Part shown: piece after piece, positions 1 to 9,053 of the stretch
Layout: each line of letters opens with the position of its first letter
Numbering within the stretch: position 1 is the first letter of the stretch
IMG/VR virus record: IMGVR_UViG_3300042868_007959
Coordinates: 1 to 64,000 of that record
DNA length: 64,000 nt
Reading direction: 5' to 3' (one strand)
Position numbers and translations under genes: made by a program
The notes under the pieces: generated by a model
Seen by the model: only the letters and a program-made list of their open reading frames with translations
What the model was told of the DNA's origin: nothing
Databases searched by the model: none

Positions 1-537
1 CCCTAATACTTTATTTTGCCCATCGGCAGCATGAAAATAATCTGAAATAAACGGATTGTATTTTATTTCTTCCGCCATACCTTTTAATGTAATTGGATCA
101 TCTGGTAACTCCTGCACTATACCACCAACACCAACTACTTGCTCTCTAGATGACATTTCACCTTCATCTCTAGTAGTTCTCATAATTTTATGATACCCCA
201 AACTAATATCAAAATTAATATCCCCACCCAAAAGAATGTCATTGGTATAACCAATAATTCCTGCAGTTTGGTTTTTCCTTCCTGTTTTGGTTCTACCATA
301 AACACCAAAGGCACCATTTTTATTATGTTTAATATTATGTCTGTTAGTGTGGAACCATATTTCTTTACCTACTAGTTCAGGTGATCCACCTTCTAAATAA
401 CCGTGTTGTGCCTTTGACGCAATAACTGGATCTGACATTCCTGAGTGCCAAGGTGGTGTTTCATTTAGTAATCTATCTCTCATCTCCATTAATAGATTTA
501 CCTTCCCTATGTTAATTCTTTTATCTTTAGTTCTCAT
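1..537 (-). CDS. Hypothetical protein, truncated by the window edge; leader ends RLLNE
   Basis: Manual translation from ATG at 537 (MRTKDKRINIGKVNLLMEMRDRLLNETPPW...) is open to base 1; TATTTATA motif at 542-550 upstream; absent from the ORF track. Confidence 0.8.
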   Translation of the reverse strand, partial: MRTKDKRINIGKVNLLMEMRDRLLNETPPWHSGMSDPVIASKAQHGYLEGGSPELVGKEIWFHTNRHNIKHNKNGAFGVYGRTKTGRKNQTAGIIGYTNDILLGGDINFDISLGYHKIMRTTRDEGEMSSREQVVGVGGIVQELPDDPITLKGMAEEIKYNPFISDYFHAADGQNKVLG

Positions 538-562
538 ATAATATAAATATCACTTATTTTAT

Positions 563-1492
563 TCAGTAAGACAATTTATCAAGTAAAGTTTCGTTAAACT
601 GATTCCAGTCTATGTCTCCATTACCACCATATCTGAAATGTCTATCTTCATTTATTCTTATTTTTTCATCTGGTAATATTGGGTTATCTCCTCCCCCATA
701 ATAATTCTCTTGTTCTGCGATCTTCCATAAAATTTCCTCGGGTAATGCGTAACCTGATTCTATTTCATCCATTAAAACTTCCCCAAAATACGAATTATCT
801 ACTAATTCACCTAACTCTATTTCACCTTCGTATTGTAATTCATCATAGTTTTTACCTTGGCTATCTACTTTATTTGTTAGTTTACCGTTAAATCTACTCA
901 AATAATCATTTATCGCATCTAAGATATCTGAATGTAATGAGTTGATATCTGCACTGTGCTGAGCATCTCCTGCAGCACAACCAATATCACTACCATACTC
1001 TGATTCTATAAACTCCTTAAAATCTTCTTCGTTTTCTTCACCATCTAAATTCTCTAAATATTTTTCTTTTAATATTTTCATATTATTTTGATCAATTTTA
1101 TCTATCAACCAATCATCAACATCAAAACATTCATAGTCATACCCATAATCGTAATCCCCTTCTAAAAAATTTTTCACAATTGTCTGTATACCATACTCAC
1201 CGTCATTAAAAAATTCTGAAATCTCATTTGCGGTATATATAACAGGTATATAGTAAGGTGTCCTATTCTTATATTCAGTTAAATATTTATAAATGACATT
1301 AAATTCTTTCTCCGTTGATCCAAGATCTAAATCTTTTAGGGTGTTTTTCATAAATTTTTCTGGATCAGAATCAAATATCTTAAATAATTTATTATAAACA
1401 TTTTCAGGAAATAATTCCCCAAATTTATCAATGTCCTCATCCGTAGAGTCATCACCAAACTCTAATAATATTTTTCTAATTGTACCCTTCAT
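563..1492 (-). CDS. Acidic hypothetical protein with leader MKGTIRKILLE
   Basis: ORF track; leader motif; D/E-rich body resembling 49884, 52665 and 57678. Confidence 0.8.
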   Translation of the reverse strand: MKGTIRKILLEFGDDSTDEDIDKFGELFPENVYNKLFKIFDSDPEKFMKNTLKDLDLGSTEKEFNVIYKYLTEYKNRTPYYIPVIYTANEISEFFNDGEYGIQTIVKNFLEGDYDYGYDYECFDVDDWLIDKIDQNNMKILKEKYLENLDGEENEEDFKEFIESEYGSDIGCAAGDAQHSADINSLHSDILDAINDYLSRFNGKLTNKVDSQGKNYDELQYEGEIELGELVDNSYFGEVLMDEIESGYALPEEILWKIAEQENYYGGGDNPILPDEKIRINEDRHFRYGGNGDIDWNQFNETLLDKLSY

Positions 1493-2057
1493 TATATTCT
1501 ATTTTTTCTATTAATCCATCTTGCATATATAGATAATCTTCATCAGTTAAATGATCCTCAAAACTTAATTTTGTATCATCATGTGCGTCATAACTATATA
1601 ATCCATACCATTTTATGAATTCCATAAAATCCCCAACTTTCCTTATATCTAATTTTCTTTGTATTTCTCCACTATGTTTAGTCATATCAATAATAAAAGG
1701 TTGTTCAGTATATGAAAAAAAATCTTCGTATACTATTTCTGGTATATAATCAATAAAATTATCTTTTTTCAGATTAAATGAGACTAAATCATAAACTTTC
1801 TCCGCATCAGTAACGGATAACCCAAAAGAATGTTGTATATGTTCTACAATTCTTTCTGCAAATATATTTTTTTTAGATAATTGAATATATAAACCACTTC
1901 TACTATCTGGAATTATTGGTTTACCGTCTAAATCAATAATAGTTGTTCTTACTTTTCCGTTCTCCAAAAAAAAATCATCCTTAATCATATTATAAATTCT
2001 CTTTATAATACCTTCTTGAGCAAATTCATTTAATATCTTCTTTATTTTGAAATTCAT
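1476..2057 (-). CDS. Hypothetical protein with leader MNFKIKKILNE
   Basis: ORF track; TATTTATA at 2072-2080. Confidence 0.8.
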   Translation of the reverse strand: MNFKIKKILNEFAQEGIIKRIYNMIKDDFFLENGKVRTTIIDLDGKPIIPDSRSGLYIQLSKKNIFAERIVEHIQHSFGLSVTDAEKVYDLVSFNLKKDNFIDYIPEIVYEDFFSYTEQPFIIDMTKHSGEIQRKLDIRKVGDFMEFIKWYGLYSYDAHDDTKLSFEDHLTDEDYLYMQDGLIEKIEYNEGYN

Positions 2058-2116
2058 TCTTATTATTTTTATATAAATATACTTAAATTATAATAAAATA
2101 TTTCTATATTTGTAGA

Positions 2117-2386
2117 ATGGAAAGAAAAAAAGTGAAAACTGAAACCATCAAAAACGATGACTTCAAAAAAAGAGAGGTTGTGGAAGAGAAAAAAACCATC
2201 ATTAAAAGTGTTTCTAATGACAGTAAAGTAAAATGGGAGAAGGTTAAAGGTGTTAGTGGGAAAATAATTAGATATAAAGTGGGAGATGTTACCAGAAAAG
2301 AAGAGTTATCTAAAAAAAAATACCGTCAACTTTATGTGGGGGTTGACGGTAATGATATTTATTTTTATTATGAAATTATAGAATAA
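2117..2386 (+). CDS. Hypothetical basic protein
   Basis: ORF track; TATATTTG promoter at 2105-2112. Confidence 0.75.
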   Translation: MERKKVKTETIKNDDFKKREVVEEKKTIIKSVSNDSKVKWEKVKGVSGKIIRYKVGDVTRKEELSKKKYRQLYVGVDGNDIYFYYEIIE

Positions 2387-2388
2387 TG

Positions 2389-2784
2389 TTATCTATTTCT
2401 CTCTCTTTCAGAAGTTATAGAGTTTTCTAAATCTTCCATTATTATATCATTTGTATCAATTACCATTTGATATGCTTCTAATGCGTCTACAATATGTTTA
2501 GATAATCTTTCAAAAGAAACATTAGTCATATTAGATCTATTAGATTTGTCCATTATCTTTTCTAGTTCATACATTGTTTCCTCCATCTCTTCATTTAAGT
2601 CTTTAATCGATCCTGTCAATTCGTATACATATTTAGTATAATTATATCCTGTCCCTTTAAACATACCACCGATACCCTTAATTGATGATATTAAACCTTC
2701 ATTAGTGTTTTCACTATTTTCTACTATTCTTTTTAATTCAGTATTAGAAAGTTCTATAACCTTACCATTTTTTTTGATTTTCAT
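2389..2784 (-). CDS. Coiled-coil hypothetical protein with leader (..LKRIVE)
   Basis: ORF track; TATTTAT at 2800-2807. Confidence 0.8.
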   Translation of the reverse strand: MKIKKNGKVIELSNTELKRIVENSENTNEGLISSIKGIGGMFKGTGYNYTKYVYELTGSIKDLNEEMEETMYELEKIMDKSNRSNMTNVSFERLSKHIVDALEAYQMVIDTNDIIMEDLENSITSERERNR

Positions 2785-2875
2785 AACCTATTTTATTTAA
2801 TAAATATATTCTTATTAAGAAAAATTTTTTTTATTAATAAATTTTTCGTATATTTGTATTATAAATTAATTGACT

Positions 2876-3280
2876 ATGATTTTTAAGTACACACAACCTA
2901 AAGGTGAGAAAGACATTAAATGTAATGGTGATTGTATGGTTAGAGCAGTAACTAATATCACTAAAGAAGATTATAATAAAGTACATAAAATTATGTATGG
3001 TCACGGGTGGAGAGCTTCTAGAGGTTCGTCTAAAGGTAAATGGGAGGAACAAATTACTAAAACTCTTGATGAATTAGGATTTAAATTTAAAAGAATTTCC
3101 TTTCCTGGTGTGAAAGGACAAAATAGAATGACAGGTAGAGAACTGTCTATGTTGAACCCTAACAGTAGGTATATTATTAGAGTATCGAAACATGTGTCTG
3201 TATTGGATTGTGGTAAACTATTAGACACTTGGGATTGTTCTGATAAGTGTGTCTACTTTGTGTGGGAAATTATCAATTAG
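2876..3280 (+). CDS. Conserved phage protein, possible papain-like (Cys-His-Asp) fold
   Basis: GDCMVRA...KHVSVL...LDTWDC pattern; start moved to ATG 2876; TATATTTG at 2849-2856. Confidence 0.5.
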   Translation: MIFKYTQPKGEKDIKCNGDCMVRAVTNITKEDYNKVHKIMYGHGWRASRGSSKGKWEEQITKTLDELGFKFKRISFPGVKGQNRMTGRELSMLNPNSRYIIRVSKHVSVLDCGKLLDTWDCSDKCVYFVWEIIN

Positions 3281-3284
3281 AGGT

Positions 3285-3479
3285 ATGGAAAATAAAATAG
3301 TTAAATGTTGTAAAGAATGTCCTTGGGATATTAGGAATAAAAATAATGACTCAATAGTAGAACATTCTAAAAAATGGAAGAAGAAACATAATTGTCATAT
3401 GTTGATAAAAGGTAGGGAATACAAACTTTGGGATGATTTCCCAAAGTTCCAGTGTATAGGGAACAAATCTATTTTTTAG
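3285..3479 (+). CDS. Small Cys-rich hypothetical protein
   Basis: CCKEC..HNC..C; start at ATG 3285 right after the previous stop. Confidence 0.6.
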   Translation: MENKIVKCCKECPWDIRNKNNDSIVEHSKKWKKKHNCHMLIKGREYKLWDDFPKFQCIGNKSIF

Positions 3480-4170
3480 TATCTACTTGATCCAATTCTT
3501 TAATTTTTTCTATTAGTTTTGCATACGTATTTTTTTCAGTTATCCCATTAGGATTTAATCCATTCTCTTTTTGGAATTTTCGTATTGCATCCATAGTAAA
3601 TTTACCGTATTTAGAATCTACCCCATCTTTTTTTGGACCAAATTTACCGATAAAATAATCCATCTTAATTAACATAGTTTGTATTTCACCTACTAGGTTG
3701 TTATAACAACCTTTTCTAATGATACTACTACCTAATACGTCAGTTTCATCTGCGGCACAATCGATTGTAGATTGTGTTTGTTTTTTTATGGTTTTACCAC
3801 CACCCTCTAATCCGTAACAAACATTTTTTAAAAACAGACACACTTGTTCTTTATCTTTAGTCAGTTTTGTTTGAAATTCTCTAAGTTCTTCTATAATATC
3901 CTCAATAAATTCGTCGAGTACCACACTCTCCTCAACCTTCGATGAAGAAGAACAAAAATCTCCCTCTTTCACTACCTCTCTTTGGGTATCACCAAAAACA
4001 TATATAACTTCTGAAGCAGATGTTTCTGCAACACACTCATTTTTATAAACTAACGTGTCACCATTTTGGGTACTTTTCGCACAAACAGGATTCCATTCCC
4101 CACCACATTTATAGTAGTCTTCTTTAAGGATTAACTTATTAAACTGATTTTCAGTTATTTTAATTTTCAT
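3469..4170 (-). CDS. Leader + Kazal-like domain + peptidoglycan-binding domain (PG_binding_1)
   Basis: C-x7-C (CGGEWNPVC), YKNEC and GDFC; C-terminal EIQTML..DSKYGKFTMDAIRKFQKENGLNPNGI. Confidence 0.7.
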   Translation of the reverse strand: MKIKITENQFNKLILKEDYYKCGGEWNPVCAKSTQNGDTLVYKNECVAETSASEVIYVFGDTQREVVKEGDFCSSSSKVEESVVLDEFIEDIIEELREFQTKLTKDKEQVCLFLKNVCYGLEGGGKTIKKQTQSTIDCAADETDVLGSSIIRKGCYNNLVGEIQTMLIKMDYFIGKFGPKKDGVDSKYGKFTMDAIRKFQKENGLNPNGITEKNTYAKLIEKIKELDQVDTKK

Positions 4171-4171
4171 C

Positions 4172-4411
4172 TTAATATTTACCGTTTATATATATAAATA
4201 AGACTTCAGGTATTCTCACACACTGACTCATATTACCATTCGAATCATAACAACCAATAACCTCCAAACCCCTTACAATATTTTTAATGTCTCTAGGTGC
4301 CTTCATAGTAACATTTTCGACATATTGTTTATTGTATAATTTATTTGAATCATAAAATGATTCATTTATAATTTTTTTTAGTTGGGATTCTGATATAATA
4401 ATTTTTTTCAT
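4172..4411 (-). CDS. Small protein with leader MKKIIISESQLKKIINE
   Basis: Start moved to ATG 4411, just after the upstream stop. Confidence 0.8.
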   Translation of the reverse strand: MKKIIISESQLKKIINESFYDSNKLYNKQYVENVTMKAPRDIKNIVRGLEVIGCYDSNGNMSQCVRIPEVLFIYINGKY

Positions 4412-4412
4412 C

Positions 4413-5195
4413 TTAGTATGTTGCTTTATATCCATCACAATTTTTGATACACCAATCACCTAAAGCTTTAATTCTATTTTGTTCTTCAGTAGGTATACCT
4501 GTAGAAGGCATTTTATTAACATATCCAGTTGTAAATGTTTTACTACAAAGACTACAAGATAAATCTTTTCCACTTTCTTTTTTATTACCTCTTAAACAAA
4601 ACTCAAATCCTTTATAATCAGGATCTGTAACACTAAATATATATTTTTTAACACAGTCTTTTAAATTTTCACAATCAACTGTATCTATAATTTTTATGGG
4701 ATCGATAATATAATCATCTATATCATCTTGCCAATCTTTGTCATCTTGCCAATCTTTGTTATCTTGACAATTACAATCGGTACAAAATTTTGGTTTAGGT
4801 AATGATTTAGAGAATGACAATTTTTTACACATCATTTGCCAAGTATTAAACCCGACTTTACCGTCAGCAGTTAACCCAAATTTGTTTTGAAACTCTTCTA
4901 CTGCCCCTTTAGTTTGGTTTTTAAATACTCCATCACATTTCGTCCAGTCAGAATAACACCAATCACCACTCATACCACCACCACTGTACTTAGTATTAAA
5001 TTGGTTTACGTATAATAAATGCTGAATCATTTTAACAACGTCACCGTTTGATCCGTACATTGCCAACTTTCTTTTACATATTATTTCACATAAATCATCA
5101 CCTATTTGTATGATACCAGTGTAAGCCTCATTTAGAACACTTTTAACTATCTTACTTAATTGACTTTCAGTTAATTTAATTACTCTTTTTTTCAT
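4413..5195 (-). CDS. Leader + peptidoglycan-binding domain + Cys-rich C-terminus
   Basis: GSNGDVVKMIQHLL...DGVF..QTKGAVEEFQNKFGLTADGKVGFNTW. Confidence 0.75.
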   Translation of the reverse strand: MKKRVIKLTESQLSKIVKSVLNEAYTGIIQIGDDLCEIICKRKLAMYGSNGDVVKMIQHLLYVNQFNTKYSGGGMSGDWCYSDWTKCDGVFKNQTKGAVEEFQNKFGLTADGKVGFNTWQMMCKKLSFSKSLPKPKFCTDCNCQDNKDWQDDKDWQDDIDDYIIDPIKIIDTVDCENLKDCVKKYIFSVTDPDYKGFEFCLRGNKKESGKDLSCSLCSKTFTTGYVNKMPSTGIPTEEQNRIKALGDWCIKNCDGYKATY

Positions 5196-5197
5196 TA

Positions 5198-5482
5198 TTA
5201 ATAATATATATCTTCATTATTTTCTTCACCATAATTTCCACCGAAAGATTCTGTTTGTATCCAGTCATTAAATAGATTTGCGTATTCTTCATCAGACATC
5301 TCATCGACAACCCCACCTAACCAGTTTTCAAATTCCTCAACTCTGGATGGGGTAAGATCTCCCCAACCAAACTTAAATTTCATTATATGTAAAACGTTAT
5401 CAATATCTATTGTAGATTCTCCCAATAATTTTCGATTTGCCTCTAAAATAACTTGTCTTTTAATTTTTAACAGTCTGCTCAT
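5198..5482 (-). CDS. Hypothetical protein with leader (..RKLLGE)
   Basis: ORF track; TATTTAT at 5495-5502. Confidence 0.75.
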   Translation of the reverse strand: MSRLLKIKRQVILEANRKLLGESTIDIDNVLHIMKFKFGWGDLTPSRVEEFENWLGGVVDEMSDEEYANLFNDWIQTESFGGNYGEENNEDIYY

Positions 5483-5523
5483 TTCTTTTATATAATAAAT
5501 ATAACATTATTTGAAAAAAAATA

Positions 5524-6039
5524 TTAATCTAATGGATAATTAATATATAGCTCTATTATATCAATTAAACGAGTATTAGAAACAAACTCAGGTAAATTTG
5601 TCACTACAATATCTCTAATTATATCACTTATTTCATTATTTATTTCCCATCCATCCTTGTGATTGGAAATTAATGAATCAGTAATTTCATATAAATCCAT
5701 ATCATCATTATCATCATATACTTCTACTGTACCTTCAGGTGAAATATTGATGTAAAGTCTAACTACCTCTCCGAATAATGAATTCGCATCAATTGTTATA
5801 TATTTTTTTAGTTCGACTGAATGGATACCAAAATGAAAATCATAAGTACCCGTATTTGTGTAATCGGCAGTATGGAAATCTAATTTTCTTAGTTTTTTTA
5901 AAAACGATACTTCATATTTTAAAAAATTATTAAAATATTCTTTTTCATCTATTACAAAATCGGACAATTCAGATCGTCTTCCTAACCGATGTTCGGGATT
6001 TGAGAAATACCCTATTAATTTTTTTACATAGATACTCAT
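5524..6039 (-). CDS. Hypothetical protein
   Basis: ORF track; TATTTAT at 6045-6052. Confidence 0.75.
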   Translation of the reverse strand: MSIYVKKLIGYFSNPEHRLGRRSELSDFVIDEKEYFNNFLKYEVSFLKKLRKLDFHTADYTNTGTYDFHFGIHSVELKKYITIDANSLFGEVVRLYINISPEGTVEVYDDNDDMDLYEITDSLISNHKDGWEINNEISDIIRDIVVTNLPEFVSNTRLIDIIELYINYPLD

Positions 6040-6072
6040 ATTGAATAAATATGAAAATTTATGATAAAAAAT

Positions 6073-6103
6073 TTTGCCAATTAAAAAATAATATATATAT
6101 TTG
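6073..6103 (+). promoter_or_regulatory. Bacteroidota primary-sigma promoter
   Basis: TTTG-N19-TATATTTG. Confidence 0.85.
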
Positions 6104-6122
6104 TATTATAAAACAATCGACT

Positions 6123-6284
6123 ATGAAAACTATGGTAATTAGAAATCTAAATGGTACTGACAGAAAGGTAACTAAATTTTTGTTTATTCCTGAATTTATT
6201 AAAGGAAAAATAAAATGGTTAACATTTGTGACAATACACGAAGATTACGTTGACGGTGAATGGATTCAAATAAGAAAGAAATGA
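6123..6284 (+). CDS. Small hypothetical protein
   Basis: ATG 6123 downstream of a consensus promoter at 6073-6103. Confidence 0.65.
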   Translation: MKTMVIRNLNGTDRKVTKFLFIPEFIKGKIKWLTFVTIHEDYVDGEWIQIRKK

Positions 6285-6568
6285 AACTAAGTAACATTTG
6301 TGAAATAAGAACCAATTTTGGTGATGCTGATTTTTGGTTACAACGAAAAGGTAGTGTAGAAACTGTTGGTACCCCTACCAAAGAGTTTAATCCTGAAAAT
6401 ATAGGTATTAAAGTTATTAGAACTGATATACTTGTTCCTGATTATCTTTACTACATTTTAACGTATTATCAAAGTATAGGATATTTTTCTAAAATATCAA
6501 AAGGGACACTCAATCTAAAAAATATTAGAACTGAGGATATTAGAAATATTGAGTTAGCTCAAAAATAA
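6281..6568 (+). CDS. Stand-alone protein resembling a type I R-M specificity-subunit (TRD) segment
   Basis: LVPDYLYYIL...SKGTLNLKNIRTEDIRNI resembles HsdS TRD C-terminal motifs; ATGA overlap with the previous gene. Confidence 0.45.
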   Translation: MKLSNICEIRTNFGDADFWLQRKGSVETVGTPTKEFNPENIGIKVIRTDILVPDYLYYILTYYQSIGYFSKISKGTLNLKNIRTEDIRNIELAQK

Positions 6569-6601
6569 AAAACCCATCTTGGTAGCGAACCTGATGGGTT
6601 T
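6569..6601. terminator. Bidirectional intrinsic terminator
   Basis: AAAACCCATC...GATGGGTTT with A/T tracts on both sides. Confidence 0.75.
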
Positions 6602-6656
6602 ATTTTGTCCGTAGACAACAACGGTCCTAATCCGTTTTATCTTTAATATCTTTTAT
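6569..6656 (-). ncRNA. Candidate small structured RNA (about 85 nt)
   Basis: TATTTATA at 6657-6665 with no ORF after it; hairpins ACGG/CCGU and UUGUC-UACG-GACAA; terminal hairpin plus U-tract. Confidence 0.45.
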
Positions 6657-6699
6657 TATAAATATTTTACTTTTAAAATTAATTTCAGTATTTTTAAAT

Positions 6700-7101
6700 A
6701 TGGATAACAATAGTATAAATAACTGGGAACTACACCAAAAACTTATGGAGAAAAAATATGGTAAAACCCCTATTACTGATAAATATAATTTTGAAAATAA
6801 TAGTGAGTTAGAAAAAGAATATAAGTCTAAAAATAGAAAGTTGTTCTCTATCCAAAATATCGATTTTAGGGAAGATTATATTGTTTTAGAATCCTATTTA
6901 CGAGATAGGAAAAAATATTATGTTAGTAACACCCTTACAATCCATACTGATACACCAGTAGGTAAAAATAACGAAGTAAAGTTATTGTGCGAACACTTTT
7001 GGGTGATGAAATCTATTAGTGAATTTATTTCGCAAGAAGAAAATAGGGTAGGGGGTTATAAAAACTTATTATCAGATTTATTAACCAAAGAAAAAAATTA
7101 A
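6700..7101 (+). CDS. Hypothetical protein
   Basis: ORF track, 133 aa. Confidence 0.75.
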   Translation: MDNNSINNWELHQKLMEKKYGKTPITDKYNFENNSELEKEYKSKNRKLFSIQNIDFREDYIVLESYLRDRKKYYVSNTLTIHTDTPVGKNNEVKLLCEHFWVMKSISEFISQEENRVGGYKNLLSDLLTKEKN

Positions 7102-7205
7102 TTCTCTTTAGAATATTCTTTTAATAATCTCTCATTATTTTTTATTAATTCTAATCTTTGTTTAAGATTATTAGTATTTCTTTTATATTTTTTTGACTTA
7201 GCCAT
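7098..7205 (-). CDS. Small basic protein (35 aa, MAKSKKYKRN...)
   Basis: Manual translation; fills the gap after 7217..7822. Confidence 0.5.
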   Translation of the reverse strand: MAKSKKYKRNTNNLKQRLELIKNNERLLKEYSKEN

Positions 7206-7216
7206 AATTTTTATTT

Positions 7217-7822
7217 TTAATTATTATATTTTAGTGTGAAAAAATCTCTACCATTTAAATATATTTCATGGTGATCCAATAAAGATCCATCACTTATCAG
7301 TCGTTCATAATCTTTTGTGGGTACGATAGACATTTTACTATTGTAAATTAAAATATTTTCTTTAAATCCATCTTCTATAAAATATTCAAATTCTGATATT
7401 TTTTCGAATTCACTTTCATATGTTTCTTGATCGTCACCAGTGATAATTGCGAAATTAAAGTTTTTATCGCTTAAAGGTAATGTTTCCTTTATAACATCCT
7501 TTCTTTTATACATTTTTTCCCAAACATTAAAGGCATCACCCCTAATATCTCCATCTCTAGAAATCATCAACCCATTAGGGTGGCAAAACATTAAAGCCAC
7601 TTCTAATACTGTAGGACCAAATCCTTTTTCTGCCGCAATCATTGGAAAATAATAGGTACCATCTTTATTTCTAGATAATCCTACAAATCCTAAAATTTCA
7701 CCGTTAACAAAGTCATACAATGATATATTCATATCATCATATATGGAAATTATAATATTTCTAGGTAGAGATGACATTTTTTTGTATTCTTCTTTTAATA
7801 TTCTCCGTATTATTTCTTTCAT
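7217..7822 (-). CDS. Leader + putative GNAT-fold protein
   Basis: IAAEKGFGPTVLEVAL (acetyl-CoA-loop-like), DAFNVWEK; leader MKEIIRRILKE. Confidence 0.45.
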   Translation of the reverse strand: MKEIIRRILKEEYKKMSSLPRNIIISIYDDMNISLYDFVNGEILGFVGLSRNKDGTYYFPMIAAEKGFGPTVLEVALMFCHPNGLMISRDGDIRGDAFNVWEKMYKRKDVIKETLPLSDKNFNFAIITGDDQETYESEFEKISEFEYFIEDGFKENILIYNSKMSIVPTKDYERLISDGSLLDHHEIYLNGRDFFTLKYNN

Positions 7823-7856
7823 ATAATAATAATAATAATAAATATATTTCTATATC

Positions 7857-9017
7857 CTAAAAAGGCATTTTTTCTGATATCTCTAACGATAATTCTTTAA
7901 TATATTTTTTAAAAATAATTTCTGCCAATTCCTCATCCACACCAAAATTATTTACGACATAATCAATATCCATTGAACCCATCATCCATCCACTCTTCCA
8001 TCTATGTACATCCCAAGGTTTATAAGTGTATTCTTCCCAAGGATACATAGGAAACTTTACTGAGGCAATTTTTTCTGACATAGTACCCCCATAATTTTTA
8101 TCCAATATTTCGTATTCAGTATCTTCTAACATTGTTTTTACAATGTAATCGTAGAACTTTTGTTTTCTATCTACTGATTCTGTAACGTAACTTTTACCTT
8201 CACCATCTTCAAATCCTATTAATTGACCAGTTTTAGAATCGTATTCTTTTTCCACCCAATCCCCATAGGCATCTTCATAATACACCAACAATTCTTTACC
8301 AGTGTGGGGAATTTCTAACATTACTTGTACATATTGTGGTAGTGAAACCCCCCCAACTATAAAAGAGTCAGACATATGGATTGTTATACGCCACCCATAA
8401 ATCATTCTAAAAATATCACCCCATTCTTCTATAGGGATATTGAAATTATGGAAATCAACCATATAAGGTTTTTTCAATAAAGGAATTATTTTTTTATAGT
8501 ATGAATTTTTATCTTCTACTGATTCTGTAATATTTTTTTTCGATCTAATATCATATATTTCACCATCTGATTTTTCTCGATAAATCAATTCGTTATTGGA
8601 ATTAAATTCACTTACTATCCAAAAACCATTATTTTCGTAGTATATTTGATTTTCATTTTGATCGTACCTATATATAGATAGGTTTCCCATATCTAACTCC
8701 TCATGTTCAATTAAATTACCATAGTTATCATATACCTTCCTAAGATAATCTCCATTCGGGTATTCTTTATATGTAAGGTGATCATTATCCCAACGGTAAA
8801 GTTCCCAATACCCATCAGGTGTTTCATAATATAGTGGATTATTATCTTTTTTATCTAATACCTCATCCATACCAGTTATGTAAACAGGTTTATTAAAAAC
8901 AATAGATAATATTTGATCATGACTTTTTTTATCGTGAAACCCCATTTCCGATAAATCTTTAAAATACGGTTTTTGAATTATCTTTGCGACTTTATTATAT
9001 ATATTTTCTTTTTCCAT
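7857..9017 (-). CDS. Three-module polyprotein (ITE|SV and VTE|SV junctions) with YYE..GxW..EYD beta-repeats
   Basis: KNITESVEDK and SYVTESVDRK junctions; the third module starts YDYIVKTMLEDT. Confidence 0.75.
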   Translation of the reverse strand: MEKENIYNKVAKIIQKPYFKDLSEMGFHDKKSHDQILSIVFNKPVYITGMDEVLDKKDNNPLYYETPDGYWELYRWDNDHLTYKEYPNGDYLRKVYDNYGNLIEHEELDMGNLSIYRYDQNENQIYYENNGFWIVSEFNSNNELIYREKSDGEIYDIRSKKNITESVEDKNSYYKKIIPLLKKPYMVDFHNFNIPIEEWGDIFRMIYGWRITIHMSDSFIVGGVSLPQYVQVMLEIPHTGKELLVYYEDAYGDWVEKEYDSKTGQLIGFEDGEGKSYVTESVDRKQKFYDYIVKTMLEDTEYEILDKNYGGTMSEKIASVKFPMYPWEEYTYKPWDVHRWKSGWMMGSMDIDYVVNNFGVDEELAEIIFKKYIKELSLEISEKMPF

Positions 9018-9053
9018 TATAATAATAAATATAGAGGAGAAAAGAAAATAAAA

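Noticed and set aside
6569-6601. preQ1 or c-di-GMP riboswitch suggested by AGGUUCGCUACC / GGTAGCG
   Set aside because: The required pseudoknot or GEMM element order is absent and no regulated ORF follows
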